Origin: Patescibacteria group bacterium
Lineage (GTDB): Bacteria; Patescibacteriota; Gracilibacteria; BD1-5; UBA2023
Direction: 5' to 3'
DNA length: 25,890 bases
NCBI GenBank assembly: GCA_049301335.1
Contig: JBAQKV010000119.1
Span: 1 to 25,890 of the forward strand
In this document: piece by piece, positions 16,850-24,450 of the stretch
Layout: every line of letters begins with the position of its first letter
Numbering within the stretch: the first letter of the stretch is position 1
The notes under the pieces: generated by a model
The model's input: only the letters and a program-made list of their open reading frames with translations
Database searches by the model: none
Told to the model about the DNA's origin: nothing
Made by a program: the position numbers and the translations under genes

Positions 16850-18112
16850 TTAGCTTTCTTTCGCCGCGGCGTAGACTTCGTCGAGGGAAGTGAGACCGTT
16901 GAGGGCCTTCATGATGCCGTCCTGTTCGAGGGAAATCATGCCCGCGTCGATGGCGGTTTCGTTAATCAGCACGCCGGAAGCCCCTTCGAGGATGAGCTTT
17001 TTGATCTCCGGGCCGATTTCCATGATTTCGTAGATACCGACGCGGCCGGAGTATCCGCTGTTTCCGCACTGGTCGCAACCGACCGGTTCGTAGAATACGG
17101 GATTCTGGAGGATTTCCATCGAAACTCGGGAAGTGAGTTCCGTTTTGTTCGTACGGGAGATGGCCTTCTTTACGGAAGCCTGCATGCGCGGTTCGAGCTT
17201 GTCGGCGGCGATGGCCTTGCGGCAGTGCGGACAAAGGCGGCGGATGAGGCGCTGCGCGATGATCGCGTTCATCGACGCCGGGAGGAGGAACGCCGGTATC
17301 CCCATGTTGAGGATACGGGTGATCGTTTCGGCGGCGGAGTTCGTATGGATGGTCGAGAGTACCAAATGTCCCGTGAGGGACGCTTCGATCGCGATGTTGA
17401 TGGTTTCACGGTCGCGGATTTCACCGACCATGATGATGTCCGGATCCTGACGGAGCGCGGTACGGAGACCGGAAGCGAAGTTGTATCCGATATCCGGGAA
17501 CATCTGGCTCTGGTTGACGCCGTCGATGACGTTTTCTACCGGGTCTTCGAGCGTCATGATGTTGACGTCCGGCTTGTTGAGGCGGGTAAGGCACGAGTAG
17601 AGCGTGGTCGACTTACCGGAACCGGTCGGTCCGGAAGTGAGGATGATGCCGTTCGGGAGCGCGATGGCGCGCTTGAGGATTTCGCCGTTCTGCCCTTCGA
17701 TACCGAGAACGCTCAAATCCGGGATCTTCTTCGATTTGTCGACGATACGCATTACGATCTTCTCGCCGGAAACGGTGGGGAGCGTCGAGACGCGGAGGTC
17801 GAGCGGCTTTTCGTCGATGGTAACGGAGATGCGCCCGTCCTGCGGCATGCGGGATTCGTCGATCTTGAGGTTCGCGAGGATCTTGTAGCGCGCTACGACC
17901 TGCGGATGGAGGAACTGCTGGTATTCGAGGATTTCTTCCAATACGCCGTCCACGCGATAGCGGATGCGGACGTAATTGGAGAGCGGTTCGATATGGATGT
18001 CAGAAGAGCGTACCGAAACCGCGGCGCTGATAATCAGGTTACAGATCTGCTGGGCGTTGTCGCCCTTGTAGATCTCCTCTTTCAGGCGTTCGATGTAGGA
18101 GTTCGTTTGCAT
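16850..18112 (-). CDS. pilB: type IV pilus assembly ATPase PilB (GspE family, short form without N-terminal domain), 420 aa
   Basis: Walker A GPTGSGKST, Asp box and Walker B ...LRQDPDIIMVGEIRD, His box LTGHLVLSTIHTN, and a tetracysteine motif CPHC...CDQC. TAA stop, no UGA. Confidence 0.9.
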   Translation of the reverse strand: MQTNSYIERLKEEIYKGDNAQQICNLIISAAVSVRSSDIHIEPLSNYVRIRYRVDGVLEEILEYQQFLHPQVVARYKILANLKIDESRMPQDGRISVTIDEKPLDLRVSTLPTVSGEKIVMRIVDKSKKIPDLSVLGIEGQNGEILKRAIALPNGIILTSGPTGSGKSTTLYSCLTRLNKPDVNIMTLEDPVENVIDGVNQSQMFPDIGYNFASGLRTALRQDPDIIMVGEIRDRETINIAIEASLTGHLVLSTIHTNSAAETITRILNMGIPAFLLPASMNAIIAQRLIRRLCPHCRKAIAADKLEPRMQASVKKAISRTNKTELTSRVSMEILQNPVFYEPVGCDQCGNSGYSGRVGIYEIMEIGPEIKKLILEGASGVLINETAIDAGMISLEQDGIMKALNGLTSLDEVYAAAKES

Positions 18113-18130
18113 GTCGTGATGATGACGGGC

Positions 18131-19381
18131 TTATTTTGCCGCTTTGGCGTTGGTCTTCTTAGGAGCGCGTTCGAGAATCGCTTTCTGCTTGAGGTATCCG
18201 GTTTCGATGGTTTTCGCGGAAGCGTAGACGGAGAAGACCTTGTCGAATTCGGTGGAGAGGTCGGTGACGGTAGCCGCCTTGACCATCTCCTGGCTGCGGG
18301 CGTCGAGGGCGGTGATTTCGCCAACGAGCGACTTGAGGGCGGAAACGGCGGTGACCCCGGCGTCCGACTCGCATACGTCGGACTTCTTTCCGTTGCAGGA
18401 TTTCGAGAGCGCGTCGACGTCGATCTTGAGTTTGCGAACCTTTTCGCTGACGAGGGTGCGGATTTCGACGAGCGAAGAGTAGGTGCGGCCCTTCACGTAG
18501 AAGGAAAGGGAGAGGTCTACGCGGTTCTTGGCTTCCGGATCGTCGAACGACGACTCGGAGCTGAGATTGTCGATCGTCATGAGAAGGTTGTTCAAGTCCG
18601 AGAGCGTCGGATCCTTCTTGTTCTTAGAGGTCGGATAGAGCGCGACGAGCTTGCCGTCTTCGATCTTCACCTTGCCGGAATTCTGGATGTAGTCGACGAG
18701 CTTGAGAATTTGGGAATTCTGCCCTTCGATCTGGAAGTCCACTTTGAAGGTTCCGATATTGACGATGGAACTCTTCGAATTGTCGAACGAGACCTTGTCG
18801 ATACCGAGCTGGCCGAAGGTGTTGACCTTGAACTGCTTGAAGACGTCTTCCTCGATATGCCTTACGAAGCTCGCCATGGTGATGCGGTCCTTGTCGAAGC
18901 CGAGTTCGTCGCCCGGAAGCGATTCGGTGAAGGTCGGGATGACGTTACCGATGATTTCGCGCTTTTGGGCGATCATGTCGTCATAGCGCCCGATGGATTC
19001 CTTGCCGACTTCCTGATTGAGCCATTCGTAGTAGGTTCCCGAATATTTCGGATCTTTCTCCATGGCGGAAGCGATCTTGTCCTTATCGGCGAAGATCGGG
19101 TTCTTGGCGGCCTTTCCTCCGATTCCCGAGAGGGCGGCGGCGAATTCGGCGGGGGTCATTCCGTCGTTCCGAAGTTTTTCAATCTTGGAAATGAGGTCGT
19201 TCGCCTGATCGGTCTTCGCGGAAATCTCCTCATACTGAGGCATGACGAAGGCGAAAACGACGACGAGTACGATGCCTACTACGAAGCCGTTGAGGACCAT
19301 CGAACGGGCGAGGCGTTCTTTGCGTTTCTTTTCTTGTATCGCGAAGTTTTCTTCGTCGATGTCGGGTGCTTGCTGGCTCAT
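18131..19381 (-). CDS. bitopic membrane protein (416 aa) in the T4P operon; PilO-like layout (N-terminal TM + coiled coil), function unassigned
   Basis: Intact ORF. It has the TM helix MVLNGFVVGIVLVVVFAFVMP followed by a coiled-coil segment. It starts 2 nt after the upstream stop, and its own stop lies 18 nt before pilB. TAA stop. Confidence 0.7.
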   Translation of the reverse strand: MSQQAPDIDEENFAIQEKKRKERLARSMVLNGFVVGIVLVVVFAFVMPQYEEISAKTDQANDLISKIEKLRNDGMTPAEFAAALSGIGGKAAKNPIFADKDKIASAMEKDPKYSGTYYEWLNQEVGKESIGRYDDMIAQKREIIGNVIPTFTESLPGDELGFDKDRITMASFVRHIEEDVFKQFKVNTFGQLGIDKVSFDNSKSSIVNIGTFKVDFQIEGQNSQILKLVDYIQNSGKVKIEDGKLVALYPTSKNKKDPTLSDLNNLLMTIDNLSSESSFDDPEAKNRVDLSLSFYVKGRTYSSLVEIRTLVSEKVRKLKIDVDALSKSCNGKKSDVCESDAGVTAVSALKSLVGEITALDARSQEMVKAATVTDLSTEFDKVFSVYASAKTIETGYLKQKAILERAPKKTNAKAAK

Positions 19382-19383
19382 GA

Positions 19384-20271
19384 TTACGGGCGGTTACCGG
19401 TAGCGGAGGGAACGTAGCGGAGATTCAGGGAGAGTTTCGTTACGGTCGAGAACGTCGATCGGATACCGACGTCGGCGGTGGAATATTTGGAAATGTCGAG
19501 GGTCTTGGGAGGATTGAGGATGCGGAATTCGCTGCCGTCCAAACGATCGAGGAGCGCGATGGCGGTAATGCGCGAAGAACGCGATTCCTTGTAGGCGCTG
19601 TCGTTCAACGATCCTCCGTAGGTTTCGCAATCCACGGTGAATTCGCCCTTTTCGTTGAATTTATAGCGGGAGCAGCTGATATCTTCTCCGTGGTAATCGG
19701 ATTTGGCGACGATATCCTGAAATTCGCCCACGACTTTGCCGAACGCGATACGCGAATCGCCCGTGCGTTCCTTGATGAACTGAACCTCGGGAGAATTGAT
19801 GGCGTCCCCCGCTTCGAGACGTTTCGGCACGAGTACCAAGAGGTTGTTCGCCATGGTGGATTCGACCTGTTTGAGTTCTTCGGTCTTGTCGGCCATAATC
19901 TGGGTCGGCATTTTGCAATCGGTATTCTCGAATCCGTCGATGCCGAAAGAGAGGTAGTCGCAAACCGGGAGGTTTTCGAGGAATCCCGGAGTATCGAGGT
20001 CGCGGATCGTCGAATCGATGCCGAGAATGACGACGGCCACGAGGGAAACCTTCATGGCGACGTCGAGGATCTTCGCCCCGATTTCGTGCGGATCCTTCTT
20101 TTGTGCGGTCTGGACCCCCGGCGATGGAGCGTCCTTGAAGAAGTTTTCGCCGAGCCCCTGGAAAATATCGTCGCCCATCGTGAGCGGCGAAGGAACGTTA
20201 CCACCCGGGGAAGCCTGGTTTGGAGCCGCTCACTGGGTCGGGTCTTCCTTTTTGTTTTGAAAAAAAGCCAT
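19384..20271 (-). CDS. bitopic membrane protein (295 aa), first gene of the T4P operon; 1 UGA(Gly)
   Basis: ATG 20271-20269 gives MAFFQNKKEDPTQ[TGA 20230-20232]AAPNQASPGGNVPSPLT, which joins track ORF 19384..20178 (MGDDIF...). It has a single TM (KVSLVAVVILGI) and a Cys-containing extracytoplasmic domain. The alternative start is ATG 20178. TAA stop. Confidence 0.65.
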
Positions 20272-20305
20272 ACGTGTTCGGCACGGAATTAAAAGTACCG
20301 AAGCG

Positions 20306-20334
20306 AGTATAGCAGGTAATTTTTTTCTTTGCAA
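20306..20334 (-). promoter_or_regulatory. sigma70-like promoter TTGCAA-17-TATACT for the T4P operon
   Basis: On the minus strand the -35 is at 20334..20329 and the -10 at 20311..20306. The predicted leader to ATG 20271 is about 28 nt. Confidence 0.45.
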
Positions 20335-20368
20335 AAAGGGCAGCCCCATAATGGCTTGCCCTTTTTGC
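20331..20368 (-). terminator. long hairpin terminator after dinG
   Basis: GCAAAAAGGGCAGCCccataatGGCtTGCCCTTTTTGC: about 15 bp of stem with one bulge, and a U-rich 3' arm on either strand. It starts 15 nt after the TAA at 20383-20385. Confidence 0.55.
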
Positions 20369-20382
20369 TCTTTGCGTAGCGA

Positions 20383-23127
20383 TTAATCGGCGAACGGAAC
20401 TTCGGCCGACCCGTCTTTGGCTCCGGCGTTCGACGCGGCGCGTTTTTTTTCGAGGAGTTCGGCGAACGAATCCATCGAGCCCTTACGGATGCGGATTCCT
20501 TCGGGAAACGCCCCGGGAACCGCCCTTCCCCATGACGAATTCACGCGGGGGTCGAGAATCACGACGACTCCGCGGTCTTCCTTCGTGCGGATGAGACGGC
20601 CGATTCCTTGGCGGAGTTTCAGGAGCATCTGCGGAACCGAATACTCGGCGAACGGGTCGCGGAACAGTTTGGAACGGGCCATGACGACGGGATCCGTCGG
20701 TACGGCGAACGGAAACTTGTGGATGAAAAGCATTTCGAGGTCTTTCCCCGGAATGTCGACGCCTTCCCAAAAGCTGTCGGTCCCGAAAAGCGCGCTGTGG
20801 TCGGCATATTTCTTAAACTGTTCGATCATCTTGTGCTTCCCTCCGGACATGCCCTGCGACAGAAGTTGGATGCCTTCCTTTTTCAGAACGGGATTGACTT
20901 GGAGGTACGCCTCCTTGATGCTCGCGAACGACGTAAAAAGGCAGAGCGTGCGTCCGCCCATGGCGGAAATCGCGCGCGCCACGAACGCGTTGACCCTGCG
21001 GCGGTCGAATTCGCTCTTCATGTCTCCGAGGTCGTCCGGAAGGAAAACCGTCGCCTGTTGGTGGTAGTCGAAATCGGAATCGAGGATATGGAACGTGAAA
21101 TCCTGGAGTCCGAGGGTCTTTTTCAGAAAATCGAAATGTCCGCCGATGGCGAGCGTCGCGGAGGTGAGCACGACCGAATCGAGCTTGCTCCAAAGACGTT
21201 CCTTGAGCACGCCGGAAACGTCGAGCGGCGCGAGGGCGAGCTTGCATTCGCCGTTATTCTTGAGGGATACCGTCTTTATGAGATCCGTTCGCGACGCCGA
21301 GAAGAATTCCTCGAGAAGTTTGGCATACCCAGAAAGGTCGGAGAGTTGCGCGCTGAAGGCTTCGAAAAGCTTATCCGGAGCGGCTTCGAGACGTCCGGTG
21401 AGGTCTTTGAGCTTTTCGAAGACCGAAGAAATCACCGAAGGCATTCCGGAAATCCCTTCGGAAGTGAAGAAATCCTGGGTCACGAGCACGTCGGTGGAAC
21501 GTCCGCCCGCGTACCCTCCCCTGCCGGAATCGTTCATTCCGGCCTTCACGAAGGCGTAGCGTTCCGCGAAATCGAGCGCCATTCCGTACGACAGTACGAA
21601 AGATTCCGAAATCTCCTTCATTTCGGGGAAGAGGAATTTTTCAGCTCCCGATTGGCGGTTGTGGCGGCGGATATGGGCTTCAATGCGGTTGAACGTCTTT
21701 TCGATGTCGGCGAGCAGGAGTTCGCACGTGAGCGCGTCGGTGGCGGCGGCTTCGAGGTTATGGGCCTCGTCGACGATGAGGCGCGAAAGCTTCCCTACCG
21801 TACCGGTCGCGTCGTCGGCGAGTTCGGTAAGGATGAGGGCGTGGTTCACGAGAACGACGTCGGCCGTTTTGGCGGCTTCGCGGGCGGCGTAGAGCGGTTC
21901 TTTTTTGCGGTACGGGTTGTCCGGCGAAAGCACGCGGGCGTCTCCGGCGTGGATTTCCGCGAGGAATTCGTAATCCTTTCCGTAGAACGAGACTTCGTCG
22001 AGTTCGCCGGTCTTGCTTTCGGCGAGCAGGATGGAAACCTTAGCGAAGAAAAGCTTGGCTTCTTCCGGAAAATCTTCGCGATCGGCGAATTCGGCGAACT
22101 TCAAAAGGCTCACGTAGTTGGAGCGCCCCTTGAGTTTGGCGAAGCGGAACGTATCGAGCCCGTACGGACGGAGGATATCACGTAGACGCGGAACGTCCTT
22201 GTAGGCGATCTGGTCCTGGAGGGTCTTGGTATTGGTCGAAACGTGGACGCGCGCACCGTCGAGGATGGCGGACGCGACGGCCGGAACCATGTACGCGAAG
22301 GTTTTTCCGATACCGGTGGGCGCTTCGATGGCCACGAGGGATTTCTTATCGACGGCGTCGCGTACGATGCCGGCCATTTTGGCTTGTTCGGGACGTTTTT
22401 CAAGGCCGGAGTTACGTTCGAGGATGGAAACGGCGTCCGGCGCGTCGAACGGGCGTTCCGGGGCGGGTGCCTCGACGTATTCCGAAAGCCCGGCCTCGAT
22501 CTTCTCGAAAAGCTTGCGGGCGTCGGTCGGCCCCTCGTCGCCCATGGCCCATCGGACCGTCGTGGGGAACGAGGAATTGGGCGCCGAGTGGTCGCGCAGG
22601 AAGCGGTAAATTTCGCGGACCGTACCTTGCGATTCCTTGATGCGGCGTACGGCCTCACGGAAAATGGCGACGGTGGCGCGGGTGTCGGAGAGAGCGCGGT
22701 GGGCGCCTTCGTGGAAATACCCGGACGCGTCGGCGAGATTGGAAAGGTTCATGCTCTTCTCGTGGCGGAACGCGAGCTGGGCGACCTTGAAACTGTCGAT
22801 GACGACGCGGTTCGAAAAATCGAACCCGTACGAGGAAAGGAACGCCGTATCGAAATCGGCGTTATGCGCGAGCACCGGGTCGTCGCCGAAGAAATCCGCC
22901 ACCTTGTACCGGATGTCGCCGAAACCCGGGGCCTCGGAAACGTCTTCGTCGGTAATGCCGGTGATGTTCTCAACTTCTTCCGAAATCGAAATACCCGGAT
23001 TCACGAGGCTGGAAAACTCTTCGACCGTGCCGTCTTCGTTGAACCGCACCATCGCGATTTCGATGATGGCGTCTGATTTTGGGTCGAGTCCGGTGGTCTC
23101 GAGGTCGAAGGCTACGATGGAAGGCAT
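20383..23127 (-). CDS. dinG: DnaQ-like 3'-5' exonuclease fused to DinG-family DEAH helicase (914 aa)
   Basis: The real start is MPSIVAFDLETTGL (ATG 23127-23125). DEDDh motifs: DLETTG, HNADFDTAFL, HRALSDTRAT. Helicase motif I is APTGIGKT and motif II is DEAHNL. The C-terminal RecA-like domain carries ...SATL..., ALFGTDSFWEGVDIPG and LRQGIGRLIRT. I see no Fe-S cysteine cluster between motifs I and II, which matches the Firmicute-type architecture. TAA stop, no UGA in 914 codons. Confidence 0.9.
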   Translation of the reverse strand: MPSIVAFDLETTGLDPKSDAIIEIAMVRFNEDGTVEEFSSLVNPGISISEEVENITGITDEDVSEAPGFGDIRYKVADFFGDDPVLAHNADFDTAFLSSYGFDFSNRVVIDSFKVAQLAFRHEKSMNLSNLADASGYFHEGAHRALSDTRATVAIFREAVRRIKESQGTVREIYRFLRDHSAPNSSFPTTVRWAMGDEGPTDARKLFEKIEAGLSEYVEAPAPERPFDAPDAVSILERNSGLEKRPEQAKMAGIVRDAVDKKSLVAIEAPTGIGKTFAYMVPAVASAILDGARVHVSTNTKTLQDQIAYKDVPRLRDILRPYGLDTFRFAKLKGRSNYVSLLKFAEFADREDFPEEAKLFFAKVSILLAESKTGELDEVSFYGKDYEFLAEIHAGDARVLSPDNPYRKKEPLYAAREAAKTADVVLVNHALILTELADDATGTVGKLSRLIVDEAHNLEAAATDALTCELLLADIEKTFNRIEAHIRRHNRQSGAEKFLFPEMKEISESFVLSYGMALDFAERYAFVKAGMNDSGRGGYAGGRSTDVLVTQDFFTSEGISGMPSVISSVFEKLKDLTGRLEAAPDKLFEAFSAQLSDLSGYAKLLEEFFSASRTDLIKTVSLKNNGECKLALAPLDVSGVLKERLWSKLDSVVLTSATLAIGGHFDFLKKTLGLQDFTFHILDSDFDYHQQATVFLPDDLGDMKSEFDRRRVNAFVARAISAMGGRTLCLFTSFASIKEAYLQVNPVLKKEGIQLLSQGMSGGKHKMIEQFKKYADHSALFGTDSFWEGVDIPGKDLEMLFIHKFPFAVPTDPVVMARSKLFRDPFAEYSVPQMLLKLRQGIGRLIRTKEDRGVVVILDPRVNSSWGRAVPGAFPEGIRIRKGSMDSFAELLEKKRAASNAGAKDGSAEVPFAD

Positions 23128-23259
23128 TGGCGCGGGTTTTTGAACCTGCCGATTGTATCCGGAAGAGCTTGGAAAGCCAGACCGAAAGGCATCTGAGTTT
23201 CGACTTTCGCACGAAGGGAAAATGCGGTACGATACGGACGTAGAGATAACCGTCTTTTT

Positions 23260-24441
23260 ATGAAAATCCGCGAATTGAAAAAGCCCGTGCTTTCCGCCGT
23301 GGCGTTTTTCTCCACCGTCGGAATCCTTTCCGTAGGCTATTCGGCCTTCGTTACGAACTATCCCGCAACCGCTACGGCCGGGACCTCCCAATTGTCGGCG
23401 ACCGAGTGGAACAAGATGGTCGCAGCGCTCCAAGCGCTCGATACGAACCTTTCGAACTTCCAATTCTCCAGCGGAAACGTGGGAATCGGCTGAGCGACCG
23501 ATCCTTTGGCAAAACTTACCGTAACCTCCGTCGGGGACGGCGGCGCGTGATTGGTATTGCTGAAGAAATACGACAATACCAACGCCATAGCCAACGGCAT
23601 CGGAGGATTGCGTGCGCGCGGAACGCTCGCTTCTCCGTCCGCGCTCCAGACGAACGACCGGTATTTCAGTCTCATAGGCGCCGCGCATGACGGAACGGCG
23701 TTCAGCAACGACGCGGCGATCCAGATGTACGCGGGCGAAAACCATACCGCCACCGCACACGGCTCGTTCATGTCTTTCGAAACCGCCGCCAACGGAGAAT
23801 CGGTACGAAGCGAAAGGATACGCATCGATTCGCTCGGATGAGTCCTCATGGGATACACGTCTTCGTACCCGTTCACGGCCCAGGGTTGGGGAAATTTCAA
23901 CCTCCTCGTGAACGGCACTACGAATAAGAACGGGGTCGGCATCGACGCTACCGGAGGAGGCGCTTCGGCGGTTCCCCTCGTATTGCGAACGCCGAGCACT
24001 ACGCTCGAATCGTTCTATTACAATACGACCGGCGTAGGAAACATCACGACCAACGGTTCCTCGACTTCGTACAACACCACGTCGGACTACCGGCTGAAAG
24101 AAAACGTCGTCGACCTTACCGGCGCGCTCGACCGCATTTCCAAACTCGGCGTCCACCGGTTCGATTACAAAACCAATCCCGAACGCACCGTCGACGGATT
24201 CCTCGCTCACGAGTTGCAGACGGTCGTACCGGAAGCCGTTACCGGAACCAAGGACGCCGTGGATGAAAACGGCAAACCGGTCTACCAGCAGGTCGATTAT
24301 TCGAAGGTCGTCCCCCTCCTTTCCGCCGGCATTAAGGAACTCAAGGCCGAAGTCGATTTGAGAAACGCCGAAATGGCCGAACAAAAAGCGGAAATCGAAG
24401 CCCTCAAAGCGGAGATTTCCAGACTTGAGAACGCGAAATAA
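23260..24441 (+). CDS. membrane-anchored tail-fibre-like protein with C-terminal intramolecular chaperone (peptidase S74-type) domain, 393 aa; 3 UGA(Gly)
   Basis: Track ORFs 23260..23493, 23551..23841 and 23848..24441 share one frame and are joined through TGA at 23491-23493, 23548-23550 and 23839-23841. The N-terminal anchor is MKIRELKKPVLSAVAFFSTVGILSVGYSAFV. GNVGIG-type fibre motifs are present. The C-terminus TTSDYRLKENVVDLTGALDRISKLGVHRFDYKTNPERTVDGFLAHELQTVVPEAV...VDYSKVVPLLSAGIKELKAEVDL plus a coiled coil matches the endosialidase/tail-spike chaperone domain (SDxRxK). TAA stop. Confidence 0.8.
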
Positions 24442-24450
24442 TCGGAAGTA

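Noticed and set aside
17225-19417. 730-aa + strand ORF, and similar long ORFs opposite real genes (20608..22185 +, 3118..4599 +, 5290..6642 +, 6838..8136 +, 8154..9395 +, 452..1417 +, 1894..2853 +, 1868..3001 -, 11777..13114 -, 13914..14867 -, 14801..15679 -, 10074..11081 -, 15187..15954 -)
   Set aside because: All lie antisense to, or out of frame with, genes that carry clear family motifs. Their translations are dominated by R/G/V/E/D/F runs with no motifs. They arise because GC-rich coding strands rarely contain the reverse complements of stop codons.
23128-24384. The N-terminal ~419 aa of the 1333-aa track ORF 20383..24384 (-), which would make DinG far larger
   Set aside because: The sequence is Arg/Gly/Val-rich and low in information. 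It lies antisense to a well-supported plus-strand gene (the tail-fibre-like protein, 23260..24441). The exonuclease domain starts cleanly at MPSIVAFDLETTG (ATG 23127). The open frame is an antisense shadow.
23260-24441. Prophage or phage-remnant interpretation of the tail-fibre-like gene
   Set aside because: There is no integrase, terminase, capsid, baseplate or lysis gene on either side within the window. The flanking genes are cellular, and the protein has a cellular-type membrane anchor. It is kept as a cellular fibre hypothesis instead.
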